From NCBI GenBank assembly GCA_043228905.1, contig JBHGNT010000009.1, forward strand, positions 4,588,001 to 4,652,000: a stretch of DNA of 64,000 nt. Reading direction: 5' to 3'. Under the pieces are notes generated by a model, which saw only the letters and a program-made list of their open reading frames with translations, did no database searches and was not told the origin of the DNA. A program made the position numbers and the translations under genes. Origin of the DNA: Azolla caroliniana. Taxonomy: Eukaryota > Plantae > Polypodiophyta. Positions 40,101 to 52,600 of the stretch are shown one piece after another (the first letter of the stretch is position 1; every line of letters starts with the position of its first letter).

Positions 40101-41230
40101 CGTGGAAAGAGCTAAAAAATTATAATAAGGTCTCTAGAAGCCAAAATACGTGGGATAAAAAAAAAAGATCTTATAAGAAACAAGATATTAAGTGCACACA
40201 ACACAATGAGACACACCACTAAGTGCAAGCATAACACAAGGATAAAATGCAACACATATTATATTGGAGACAATAAACTAAGAATAAACAAATAACAACT
40301 TGATTTCTATCCTCGAATAAAGGCTTAAGAATGATTATTCCATTCTCGAATATAGTTTTAATAAGAAGTTGGATAGTGGACTTCTCAAACCCTCTCTCTC
40401 CCCCTCTCTCTAGATAAGGGCAATGTTATCAACTGTTTATTGAAAAGTCCACTACATTTGAAAGAAGGCAAAACTATCAATACTTACAAGCTCATTAATG
40501 TTTGGTGGGGGGTAAAGGAAGATGGTGAGAGGGGCAGAACTCATGTATCCATCCATCAACGACTTACAAAGCGTGGCGACAAAGTGAAAAGAAAAAGGAT
40601 AAACTTCACCGGTATTGTAAGTTCTAAGAAACAAGAATGAGAGGAGAAGAATGATTTGCATGTAAAGGAAATCAAAATGGACAAGACCAAACAAAGAACA
40701 AAAAAGAGAAAAGTTATTTTTACATCCACAAAGTACTTTGAAGAAGGTGCACCAACATACACATGTATATCTTTCTCTATGTAGAGAGAGATAAAGAGAG
40801 GTTTCCTTAGGACACATCCATAAACATTCTAGAAGAAGCCCTAAGGCATGCCACATCACACAAACCTAGTAGGAAAAGAACAAATGGATGGTAACAAGTC
40901 ACACAACTTAAGGTTGAAAGGAAGGACAATGAAGGAAGACCAAGAGATATAAATATATGTTGGTGAGAAAATCTTTACCTCTAGGGATCTTGGATGACCA
41001 ACATCCCAATTGGCAATGATGACAAGTCCACACACACACACACACACACACACATATAAGAGAAAGAAAAGACCACCTAGAGCCTTCTTCTTGTGTTTTG
41101 TATAGGTTTGACATTTGTGTATAGTTGGGGGAGGGGGGAGAGGGGGAGGAAATAGAGATTGAGAAGAAGGAGGAGAAGAAGAAGAAGTGGTGGAGGAGGA
41201 GGAGCAAGAAGAAGGAGAATAAGTTTGGAC

Positions 41231-42685
41231 ATGGAGTATGTCATCGAGATTTTGAAGGAATCGAGCGTGTTTCTACGCCGGGATCTGCCGATGCACATGT
41301 TCATAACGCTCGTGCTCATCTTCCCCGTCTCATCCTTGACACTTTCGCAAGTCTTGATGAATCGAGACATAGCTCGGAAGATAGAGGAAGCGGGCACATG
41401 GCTTGCACTAGAGTATCACCACATTACCAACAACAACAACAACAATAACAATAAGAATACAAGCACAAGTAGTGACATGAAGAATGGCATTGGGAGCATG
41501 GATCCCATGTCATGGGCGGATGGCTCGTGGTGCGTGTTCGAGAGGCTCGTGTACGGACAAGTGTTGGAGACGTTGGCGGCGCAGGCGGTCGTGCTGCCCG
41601 TGGTCTTGACGCTTGGGATGCTGGCCAAGGTCGCGGCGTGGCACGTGATGCGGGCGCGTTGGGAGGGCCGGCGTGCGAGGCTGGATGAGGCATTGTCCGA
41701 GGGCCCGCCGGCGTGGGCACGCCTCGTGTCCACGCACCTCGCGGGGCTCGGCCTGGTGTGCGCGGTGGCCGTGACCGCGGTGGCCGTCCGGGGGGCTCTG
41801 GTGCGGCTGGCGGGGGCCGTGGGGGCGGGCCGAGTGTCGGGGCCCGTGCTGGACTCGGCATTGGCCGCGCTCCTCGTGCTGTTCCTCCCGCACGCGCTGA
41901 CCGTGCTCCACCTCAGCGTGGCCGTGGCGGGGCTCCACGGGTCGGGCGCCAGGTCGGGCCTTGCGGCCATCCTCGCGGCCCTCGCGCTCCTCAAGAGGCG
42001 AAGGATCCAGCCGGCCCTCCTCCTCTTCCTGCTCTCCTGCTCCGCTTCGGCCGCCATCGAATTCATCTTCCAAATCCGAATCCTCGGAAGAACCTATGGC
42101 TATGCCGGAGATCCGGGGCAAGCCAATTCTGCTGCCATTGATCCTGGCATCCCCACAGGATCTCTGCACAGCCTCCTGGAAGCTCCAATCCTCGTGTTCG
42201 CGCACGCGTTCCTCGCCTTGCTCGACACCATAGCCTCCTTCTGCTTCTTCAATGCTTGCACAGAGGCATCTGTGCAGGAATACATGATCCTCATCTCCAA
42301 TTCCAATTCCAATTCCAATCCCAATTCCAATTCCAATTCCAATCATCACCATCATCATCACATGAGCTCATCTGCTGTTGCCTTTCCATCTGATTCTGCT
42401 CCTGGATTCCCTCCACCTCATCATGATCACCATGCTTTTCACATTCCTGACCTTGATCTCATCCACCACCATCTGGGTAATGATGCCCACATGGAGCCTC
42501 TACAATGTGATGATGATCACATCTCTAGTGACCAACTATATCAACAAATCCTTCATGATGATGATGATCATTTCTCAGCTGCTGTGAATATGCTGGAGAA
42601 GCACTGTAGAAACCTATTTAATCTGTACATATCCTCCTCCTCCTCCATATCATCATCATCATCATCATCATCCAATGTTGCTTGA
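41231..42685 (+). CDS. Intronless uncharacterised plant multi-pass membrane protein (At1g26650/At5g61340-like), 484 aa
   Basis: ORF with several hydrophobic helices; the N-terminal EILKES...ITLVLIFPVSS and C-terminal LLEAPIL...LDTI.S..FF..C patterns resemble this family as recalled; low-complexity His/Asp/Ser tail. First ATG at 41231. Confidence 0.8.
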   Translation: MEYVIEILKESSVFLRRDLPMHMFITLVLIFPVSSLTLSQVLMNRDIARKIEEAGTWLALEYHHITNNNNNNNNKNTSTSSDMKNGIGSMDPMSWADGSWCVFERLVYGQVLETLAAQAVVLPVVLTLGMLAKVAAWHVMRARWEGRRARLDEALSEGPPAWARLVSTHLAGLGLVCAVAVTAVAVRGALVRLAGAVGAGRVSGPVLDSALAALLVLFLPHALTVLHLSVAVAGLHGSGARSGLAAILAALALLKRRRIQPALLLFLLSCSASAAIEFIFQIRILGRTYGYAGDPGQANSAAIDPGIPTGSLHSLLEAPILVFAHAFLALLDTIASFCFFNACTEASVQEYMILISNSNSNSNPNSNSNSNHHHHHHMSSSAVAFPSDSAPGFPPPHHDHHAFHIPDLDLIHHHLGNDAHMEPLQCDDDHISSDQLYQQILHDDDDHFSAAVNMLEKHCRNLFNLYISSSSSISSSSSSSSNVA

Positions 42686-42732
42686 TTGCCATATCCATTG
42701 CTCCCTTGACCATGTACACATGTACAGGACAT

Positions 42733-42757
42733 ATACATACATACATACATACATACA

Positions 42758-42786
<29 letters not shown>
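42733..42786. repeat. (TACA)n microsatellite
   Basis: Read directly. Confidence 0.95.
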
Positions 42787-42788
<2 letters not shown>

Positions 42789-43493
42789 GTATATATATCA
42801 TGCAACATCAATTGAATTGAATCTCCCCCCCCTCCCCTCTCCAATCAATGAAGGTATCATCATAATGTGCTCAATAAATTTCCTTCTGCCACTCCCTCCA
42901 ATCCCGAAAAATCGGACGAAATTTCCGATCGGTTTGCATTCCAACCTCGGAAACACGCAAACTTAGTCCCAGATATTTTGTTTTACCGGAAAAAAGAAGA
43001 AGAAGAAGAAGACAATGCCGGAGTCCTTCCGAATCCAAAAAGAAACAGGCGGAATAATCTCTTCCTGGCTCACAATTGAAATCAAAATCTTTTTGTCACA
43101 TATAATCCCATTTACACATAACCACCCATTTTAGTTCTGCTCTAAATGCTTACTTATATAACACATCAAATTGACAATTATGTTACACTACAATGAATAA
43201 CACTAACACTGTAATAACAAATGGAAGGGCATCCATTGAGTTGCTATTACATAATTGATCACAATGTATTTCCAATATAATTCATTGAACTTGATTCATT
43301 TTCATGTCACTGTGACATAATTTCTTCCATAAAAGAAACAGAAAACAGACCAATTTTACATCCTTCAGTTGTTCCCAAGCTCCTACAAGTATCACCCACA
43401 CAAGATGCCCCACCCCCCAAAACCCTCTTATGGACCCTTCGATATGTTGTGGGCGAAGACGACGTAATTCACTTGCGAGCGAAGATGAAGCGC

Positions 43494-44360
43494 AAGTGTG
43501 AAACCAAAAGTTTTATATATAGGGTTAAATGACTGGATACACTTTCGGTTTTTACGTCCCCGTGTGTATAATCTAACCTATACTTCCCACCAACATATCT
43601 TGTTATTCACTCGTCGAAGTGTGAACCGAATACAATTTTGTTTCTTACACCCTGGTGTGTATGTCTAACTTAAACTTCCCACCAACATATCATGTTATTC
43701 ACTCACCCAAGTGTGAAACAAAAAGTATCGACCTTTATGTATATCCAAGTGTGAACCGAATACAATTTTGTTTCTTACACCCCGGTGTGTATGTCTAACT
43801 TAAACTTCCCACCAATATATCATGTTATTCACTCACCCAAGTGTGAAACAAAAAGTATTGACCTTTATGTATATCCAATTGTGAACTGAATACAATTTTG
43901 TTTCTTACACCCCGGTGTGTATGTCTAACTTAAACTTCCCACCAACATATCATGTTATTCACTCGCCCAAGTGTGAAACAAAAAGTATCGACCTTTATGT
44001 ATATATAGATACATAGATAGATAGATAGGGTCCATTTCTCGATTTGTGCATGTCATCCTTGCGCAGGGGCCTTGTGAAGATAGCAAGGGTTGTATTATCA
44101 TCCTGTTTTAATAACAAACATTGATTTACAAAAAAGAAAAGAAAAGAAACATAGGGTTAACACCCGAATACACTTTTGTGTCTTACACCCCACAGTGTTT
44201 GTCTAACCACAAACATCACACCATTATGTCATGTAATTCGCATGTACGAGTGTGAAACCAAAAGTATCGACCTATATATAGGATTAACAGCCGAATACAC
44301 TTTCGTGTCTTATGACCCCTTGGTGTATGTCTAACCACAAACTTCCCACCATCACGTTCG
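43494..44360. repeat. Tandem array of ~130-bp units (3 near-identical plus about 3 diverged)
   Basis: GTGAAC(C/T)GAATACAATTTTG units start at 43617, 43747 and 43877 (period 130); diverged relatives at ~43515, ~44150 and ~44277. Confidence 0.9.
44029..44071 (-). pseudogene. U6: U6 snRNA 3' fragment
   Basis: Minus strand GGCCCCTGCGCAAGGATGACATGCACAAATCGAGAAATGGACC versus plant U6 GGCCCCTGCGCAAGGATGACACGCA(C/T)AAATCGAGAAATGGTCC; the 5' half (ACAGAGA box) and oligo-T end are absent. Confidence 0.9.
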
Positions 44361-45327
44361 TATTCTGGCCGATGAATATCAAACCTCTATCCTCATGAAT
44401 ATCAAATATCTATCCTCGCACCCAACCTACTTGGTCATTGTCACGACCAAATTTGCTTTGTTCTTATTTTTGGTGGTGTTGTTTTTTAAGCACGCCCACA
44501 CATGCCCTTTTTATAACAAGTTGTTGTTAACACCACTCCCATCATTGGGAGTGCTCACTCACATCATAGGGGAATGAGCAACCTAACTTTGTTATGGTGT
44601 TGTCCCTTCTATTTTTTAAACACAAACACAAACACATAAAGACACACTTTTTTATTATAAGTTACTCATCCCACTTTCACATCACTACGAGTACTCAACT
44701 CACATTTAGGAGAGAATGTGTCTTGGCTTCTAAGTATCATACAAATTACATCGTATTCATGTCGACCTTGCTTGATTTCAATATACATACATACTTCCAC
44801 ACCAATACTAATTTATATTTATATTTATATTTTCTTTTGTTTCATGAAGTTTGTTGGGCGCATATTTTGAGATAATAATACAAAATGCACATGGTTTTCT
44901 TATTAAATGAAACCATATTATCATGTCTCTACTTTTACAATGCAATGCGGCCTTTAGCATGAAACCCATATTGAGAAAACCTGATCTTAAACAAGAAGCA
45001 GACAAATTTTCTTGTATGATTATGTGTCGTAGATGTCATTCCACATATAATCAAGTGATAACCAATCCATTATTCAAAAAAAGATTTACATTTAAAATAC
45101 AAGCAAAATGTTGCATCTCTAAGTCAAAACCACCATAAAATTAATAAAAAAGAGACTATATTAGAAATGATTTAACAATTTCTCAATTCTACTTTTGCAC
45201 AAAAGGTGTAATTCCTTTTGGATATGGTTTCTTGCAAACCCTATGATTTGAAATCACATGATGTACCAAATCTAAATTCAAGTTGGGCACACCTCTCACA
45301 TAATTTCAACAATCTGGAGCTTCTAGT

Positions 45328-46070
45328 TAACAATTAGCAATGGTTCATTCGGTTTGAGGGTGTCAAACTTAAACCATTAAAAAAAAATTGAAACTTAAAC
45401 TGAACCACGAAACCATTTAAACCGAAACTGGTTTGCTTCTGAAATGGAGAGGTTCTCCAATGTTGCAGATGGTGGATGGCAAAGCAAAGTGGATTTATCA
45501 GCCACCACGGTGGTTGTTCCCTCCGAGTGTAACTAACATATAGATGGGTGCTGCCATGTGAAGTGATTGGAGGATGTCTATGCTGAATTCGGGTTGTATG
45601 AGGCTCACGTTGAGGGTATGCATCCGAGTACTTCTATGCTCAGTGGTAGGAGGTTTTTGTTGATTCCTTTATACATGTTGTTTTCTTTTTCGCCATGCAA
45701 GTTGGCCTGTAAGATATGAGTTGTATATTATCCTATGTACATGGACTTAACTAATGGAAGTAGTTATTTTTTGGAAAAAAAACCCGTTCAAACAGAACCG
45801 CTATTTTTTTTTAAAACCAAACCAATCGGTTTTAGAGATTTCCAAACCGTTAAACCATTAAAACAACGTTTTGGCAGTTCGCTTTTGGTTTTCAAGTTAG
45901 GTCAAATTTCAAAATTCTGAAATTCAATTTTAGAATTTTAAAATTGTCATTATTTCTTCCTAGAATGTCACAATTAGGCTTAGAAATGAAAAGGTTGTTC
46001 AAAAGAATAATCAAATGGCAACCCTAAATGGTCAAAACGTTGAACCGAACTGAGTTATTGCCGATTGCTA
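45328..46070. mobile_element. Non-autonomous hAT-like element, copy 2, carrying a LINE 3'-end fragment (~45435-45782)
   Basis: Same termini (TAACAATTAGCAA...TTGCCGATTGCTA) and internal blocks as 36680-37100; degenerate TSD CTTCTAGT/TTTCTAGA; the insert encodes WRGSPMLQMVDGKAKWIYQPP, similar to WSSSPFLESVGFHIRWNYRIP of the LINE at 30.0 kb, and ends in an A-run. Confidence 0.75.
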
Positions 46071-47612
46071 TTTCTAGAATCTAGACACGACGATAACAAG
46101 CCCCCTATAAAATAACAAGTTAGGATATTTAAGAGTTTGCATTTGAAATTCCAAGCATAAGGATACATTGTGTAATACATTTGTTAAAATGCTAGTGGAT
46201 TTTTGTTGGCAATGCATTAGGTTAGGCACAATACAAAAAACTAATTAAAAAGTGTGCCTAACTTTAAGAGTACATAGTGGTTGATGTATAATTTCCCATC
46301 ATTTTTTTTAAAGCAGTACAAGTTACAACTATACTTGTGAGCGTAATTTTTTATAATAAGTAGAAATGCCAATGTGATGCATATATGTCCATATGTGCGA
46401 TCTTAAAAAAATTGGGAGACAACACGTAGAAAATGCCAACTCAAATTGCTTTTTGTTTGTTTAGAATAGTTTTACTTGTTAACGATTCAATTGCCCTTTT
46501 TATAGGCTTGTTAAACATGTTGTAGTTAGTTGACTAAACTTTAAGTTCACGTAACATTTTTAAGAGAAGTGGACATTTGAAGCATATGGTCATCTATGCT
46601 AAATAATGAAATTCCTGAGCTCAGACAAAGTGTATCTTACATGTGTTATAATCCATCTAGTGAAAATGTCGAGGTCCTCATACATGATCAATGTTTAATG
46701 GTAGGGTGGAGTCTCAATGTTTTGCTTGCTACACTTACTAGTTGAGTTTTATGACGTAGTATGACTTTGTGCATGTGCAAGAGAATAAGTTGGCCCATGT
46801 TTTTTCATACAATTTAATTGTGTGCATGTGCAAGTGAATAAATTGGACCACCACTTCTTCTTAACATTGGGCATCTATGTTTTAGAATATCTTGAAATGA
46901 TTTTCTCTCAACTAATAAGAAAGAGGATATTATTGGAGAACTTGTTGCCATTCAGAGTCTCTCTCAATTTGGAGGACATTAAATGGAGTGGACTTTAATG
47001 TTATGGTTTGCCTTGGCTAAGAGCTTTCCAATATAGCCTTATGTAGTATAACAACACACAAAGGATTTGATTCCTACTCATGAGTCAATGTGATACTCAA
47101 TAATGAAGAATACCGACGATGTACAAACCTTTTTTTTGTGTGACCAACTTCATTTGAGGTTTTTTGTCGATTTAGATGTCCCATCTAACAACTGATAATA
47201 ATATTGATAGTGGGATTGCTAATATGTGACATACCAAGATACATTCAAGTGATAGGCTATGAGAGATTGCAAAGAATCTCACTTTATATCTTTTTCCCAT
47301 ATATTAAACATCCTTGATAATGATAAAATAAGTAATTTAATGTGGGGGTTTTCCACTCAAGTAGAACCCACAACTGAGAGCCGGGTGAATGCTGAGAACC
47401 GGTTAAGGATCGACTAAGGGCCGAAAGTATCGTTATATAAATGTGTGTGTGTGTGTGCGTGTGTGTGAATGCATATAAAATAAGGCAACTATAAGAGTGG
47501 AGACAGAGAGAGTATGTGTGATGGAGAACAAAGAGTGCACAACTGAGAAGAAAAGAAAGTGTGTGTAATAGTAAAGAGAGCAGAAAAACAACAAACAAAG
47601 AGATAGAGTGGG

Positions 47613-49089
47613 AGTCCAATTTTTGACGGTAAGGCCGAATCATGAACGAAACCGGGATTCTCTCGGCGGCGAGAACTTAGAACATTTTTCGAGAGGACTA
47701 TCAAGGCGTGGGGCCACGATAGTCTGGACAACCGGAAGAAACCCATACATGTATACTAGGGAGGAAATTTTAGCCCTCCGCTAATGGAGGTTGTACCATA
47801 ATCGACATCAGTGGCCGGGAGAAGAAGCAAGTCGAAGGACGCTTGAAGGCATGTGGCGCCGTAGGTTCCAACGACGAGATCAGTAACAACGTGGAGGCGG
47901 TCTCATTCAACGACACCATCGGGGAGATCGAGAAGATAGTCAAAGAGGATCTTAGCGAAGACCGTGTCGTTTCGGTAAATTCCATCGAGATGTACGAAGT
48001 CATCGCGGACTTCGGGAAGATGATCGGGTCGGATTAGACCGCCCGAGTAGACACCAAGTACAAGATTGTGGACTGAACGGTGAGGCCAGTCGCAGCTCCC
48101 TTGCCGGAGACAACTCAAAATGGATAAAAGGGGTCGCGGCGGACCCAAGTTTACGAGACCTGGCCGACATAGGACACCGGTTCACCGACGAGACGTTGCA
48201 GAAGCTTAAGATTGGTGGGGGTGGCTTCCTATTGCCCATGGAGGAGGACCAGTTTCGGAGGATGCTTGGAAGGCAAGGGAAAGCCTTTGCATTCTCGCCG
48301 GGGGAGATCGGGTGCATCAACCCGACGATCATAGAGCCAATGGTGATCTTCACGATACCACACGCACTGTGGAATCTCAAACCAATTCCGGTGCCGAGAG
48401 CTCACATCCCAAAATTGATGGAGTTGCTCAGGCAGAAGGTTGATATGGGCATCCTCGAACCGTCGAGCGCCCCGTACTCGAATCGGTGGTTTACGGTGCT
48501 AAAGAAGAACAACACACTACGCTTTATTCAGGACCTATAGTAGATCAACAAGGTGACCAATAGAAATCCAGGAGTCGGTCCAACAATTGATGAGTTTGCG
48601 GAGGCCTTCGCTAGAAGGTCTAACTACTCGGTCGACGACTTATACTTCAGGTATGACTAGTTCCAAATGGCCGTGGAGCTTAGAGACATCACGATGATGC
48701 AAAGCCCTCTCGGCCTGGTTCAGATGTGTACCCTACTACAAGGGGGAACCAATTTGGTGGCGCACATGGTGAATGTGATGAACAAGGTGCAGAGGGACTG
48801 CATCCCGGACATCACCATGCCGTTTTTGGATGACATCATGATCAAGGGATGTTTGGAGGACGTGAAGGACGAATCAATTGGGATAGATGAATGCTAGAGA
48901 TTTGTCGCGAACCACATCTCTGACTGCAAGAAGATATTGCAGAGGTTTGAGGGCGCTCGGCTTACCTTCTCCGAGGAGAAGTCGGCTTTCGGACAATCAG
49001 AGATCCTGGTAGTCGGTCACCTGTGAGGGCCATACGGCCGGAGACCGTTTCCGGCGAAGGTAGAGGCTATCTCGGCGATGAAGGGAGAG
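47613..49089 (+). mobile_element. Ty3/gypsy fragment B (end of protease through RT), same family as gypsy A, interrupted by a Copia LTR
   Basis: QFLTVRPNHE, AFAFSPGEIGCINP, EPSSAPYSNRWF, QGGTN and PFLDD are collinear with 1-1560; coding stops abruptly at MKGE where TGTTGG begins. Confidence 0.92.
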
Positions 49090-49636
49090 TGTTGGTCAAA
49101 GAGGATCCGGTGAGAACCGGAAGAGATCTGGAAACCGGATCGGATGGAGCCGGTGAGAACCGAAAGAGAAGACATATTTGTAAATATGTTTTGAGCAAGC
49201 CTATTGAGGCTATATTTGTAAATAGCCCTAAGTTCATATAACTATAAATATGACTTAGGGCAATCACTTATGAATGTTGTTGTCATATTGTTGTAACTGT
49301 TGTATAGAGAGTGTTGAGAGACAAGCTCAACATTTGGTGCGTAATCGGGTGCGTAACCCAGTGCGTAAACTGGGTGCGTAAAACCGTGCGCACAATAGGC
49401 CGTAGCAGTGCATAAACCAAGAGGCCGTTAGGAAGTTATTCCTCGTAAGGAATAATTTTGGGAGTGTGTGTAGTCGGCTCATTTATGAGCAGTCAAGTAC
49501 TGTCAGTACTTGTGTCAGCCCAATTGTCAGGGCTTGTATAAAATGTGCTCACTGAGCACAATGCATGTATAGACTAAGAATTATTTTGAAAAGAGTTGTG
49601 TCTGCTCTGTCTCTCCCTCTCCATCTCTGTGTTTTT

Positions 49637-52600
49637 TGACGCGAACAACACGCTCCTTATACGCAACGCTCGGCCACAACCGAGCTTAGAATCATACACA
49701 GAAAACGGGAAATGAAACACACGACACAAAGAAGAGAAGTGTACACAGGATGTTTACGTGGAAAACCCAAAGAGGGAAAAACCACGGCAGCCCATAGATT
49801 GCAAACTATCACTATGCTAGAATGTACAACAATGAGTTCACGGAGGCAACGACCTCGTGCTCATGATCTTCGCCACAGGCGGCGGTTACAACAAAGGCAA
49901 CGACCTCTTTCTCACTCTCTCTCTCTGTACACAGTTCCACGCTCTCTCTCTCTCCTTGCGCCAACAAGAAAATAACAATAGTTACCTAAAAGTTTGCCCT
50001 AAGTCATATTTATACTAATATGACTTTTCGGCTATTTACAAATATAGCCTTGATGGACTCTCAGAAACATATTTACAAATATGTCTCTTCATCCGGTGAG
50101 CATTCCTCACCGGGTCTGCACCATCCGGCTCTCCGTAGCCGGGTACTCCTCATCTGGTCTTCATTGGGTTTGCACCATCTGGCTCTCCGTAGCCGGGTAC
50201 TCCTCATCCGGTCTTCACCGGGTCTGCACCATCTAGCTCTCCGTAGCCGGGTACTCCTCATCCGGTCTTCCCAACACTGTTCTTCTCCTATCCCATCCGA
50301 AGGGACCTGTCTCCCAACAAGCTCCCCTTTCACTCCGGCATGGGGTGTCTTACTAGTCCGATCCTCTTCCGGCATGCATCCAGCTTGTCGGGTATCAGAA
50401 CTTTGGTCAACATATCTGACCCGTTCTCGGCCGTGTGGATCTTCATTAGAGCGAACTCCTGGTCATCTACTCTTTCCCGGATCCAGTGATACCTTCGCTG
50501 GATATGCTTCGTTCGGGAATGGTAGGCTGCATTCTTAGCAAGGTGGATGGCACTTTGACTGTCGCAATAGAGTCGGTATTCATCTTGCCGGATACCGAGC
50601 TCTCCGATGAAGTCCTTCATCCATAATATTTCCTTGCCGGCTTCCACAGCTGCCATGTACTCCGCCTTAGTGGTTGACAATGCAACCGTCTTCTGCAGCC
50701 TCGACTGCCACGAAACAACTCCCCCTGCATATGTCATTACATACCCGGATGTAGACCGGCTGGTATCCACATCAGTCGACATGTTCGAATCGGTGAAACC
50801 GTCAAGTTGAGGTTTTCCGGAGCCGAATCGGAGACACATATTTGAAGTGCCCTTCAAATACCGGAGTATCCATTTGACCGCGTTCCAGTGCTCCTTGCCG
50901 GGATTGCTCATAAACGGCTCACCACTCCGACTGCGTATCCTATATCCGGTCGGGTACACACCATTGCGTACATTAAGCTCCCGACGGCAGAGGCATATGG
51001 AATCTTCATCATATCCGCCTTCTTTGCTTTCGTCTTCGGACTTTGCTTACCGGATAGCCTGCAGTTTGCCGGAAGTGTCGATCCAACCGGTTTCACATCT
51101 GACATGTTGAACCGGTGAAGCACCTTTGTCACGTACTTTTCCTGTGATAGCCATAATTGCTTCGCTGATCAGTTTCGGATAATATGCATCCCCAGCATCT
51201 GTCTTGCCGGACCCAAGTCTTTCATTGAGAAGGTCTGGTTGAGAGCCTTCTTCAACATCCGTATTTTAACTTGATCCCGTCCGACGATCAACATGTCATC
51301 CACGTATAGAAGGAGTATCAGGAAGTCGCCTCCTTCGAACTTCTTCACAAACACGCAGTGATCGGCCTGTGTCTTGTGGTATCCTTGATCGGTCATGAAG
51401 GAGTCGAACTTCCGGTACCATTTCCGGGGGGCCTGCTTCAACCCGTAGAGGCTCTTCTTCAACCGGCAAGCCAAGTGCTCCTTCCCTTTCTCCACGAATC
51501 CTTCCGGTTGCTGCATGTAGATCTCCTCTTCGAGGTCGCCGTGAAGGAATGCCGTCTTCACGTCTAGCTGCTCTACCTCGAGGTCCATGCTTGCCGCTAT
51601 ACTCAGCACCGTCCGGATGGAGGTCATCTTTACTACCGGGGCAAATATCTCGTCGAAGTCCATGCCCTTCTTCTGCTGGAACCCCTTCACCACGATCCTG
51701 GCTTTGTATCTCGGGGGGTTGCGGACATCTCCCAGTTTCAACTTGTACACCCACTTATTTCGGAGTGCCCACTTTTCTTTCGGCAACTCCACCAATTCGT
51801 ACGTATGGTTCTCATGCAGGGAATCCATCTCATCCTGCATGACACTTAACCATTTTCGGCTATGGGTGTCTTCCTTCGCTTCTTCGAAGCTTTCCGGCTC
51901 CCCCTCATCGGTCAGCAGAACATGCTCTGCATCCAGAAATCTCCGGGGCGCCCTTCTCTCTTTGAGAGGATATCTTCGTCTTCGGGCTTCGGTAACTGGC
52001 TCCTCCATTTGCTCTTCACCCGAACCCGATTTGGGGTCTTGGCCGGTTCCGGTTTCAGCTTCCTCTACTTCTTCTTCAGCTTGTTCGGTATCCTCACCGT
52101 AACCGGCTGGTCCCTCGAGTGCTAACCGGTCTCTTGCCGGTTGGGTCTGCTCATCGTAGAGTCGATCCTTACCGGTCGACTCGGAGTTCATTATCTTCTT
52201 CTCCGACTCCCAGTCGGCGAGCGTCTTGTCCTCCATGAAGATAATATCTCGACTCCGGAATACTTTCTTGTCAACCGGGTCCCACACTCGGTAGCCGAAC
52301 TCATCATCGCCGTAACCGAGGAATATGCATGGCCGGGTCTTTGGATCTAACTTTCCTCTCCGGTCCTTAGCTACATGCACGTACGCAAGACACCCGAACA
52401 CCTTCAGATGCCGGTAGAACACTTCCTTACCGGTCCAGACTCTCTGTGGCGTGTCTCCGTCTAAGGGTACTGAGGGTGATCTGTTTATCACGTATGTCGC
52501 CGTCGACAGTGCCTCAGCCCAAAACTTCTTGGGTAGTTTTGTATGTGCCAGCATACTCCGGACCCTCTCCATTATGGTCCGGTTCATCCTCTCGGCCAAC

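Noticed and set aside
40081-40860. Possible solo LTR
   Set aside because: LTR-like composition but no matching TSD or inverted termini found.
41416-42361. Long antisense and alternative-frame ORFs
   Set aside because: Expected from very high GC; only the + strand 41231-42685 frame has a recognisable protein pattern.
44029-44071. Functional U6 snRNA gene
   Set aside because: Lacks the 5' stem-loop, the ACAGAGA box and the oligo-T terminator.
43494-44360. CRISPR-like array or tandem snRNA promoters (TTCCCACC resembles the USE; TATA present)
   Set aside because: No unique spacers; the USE-like to TATA distance (~50 bp) exceeds the known Pol II/Pol III snRNA spacing, and the orientation is opposite to the U6 fragment.
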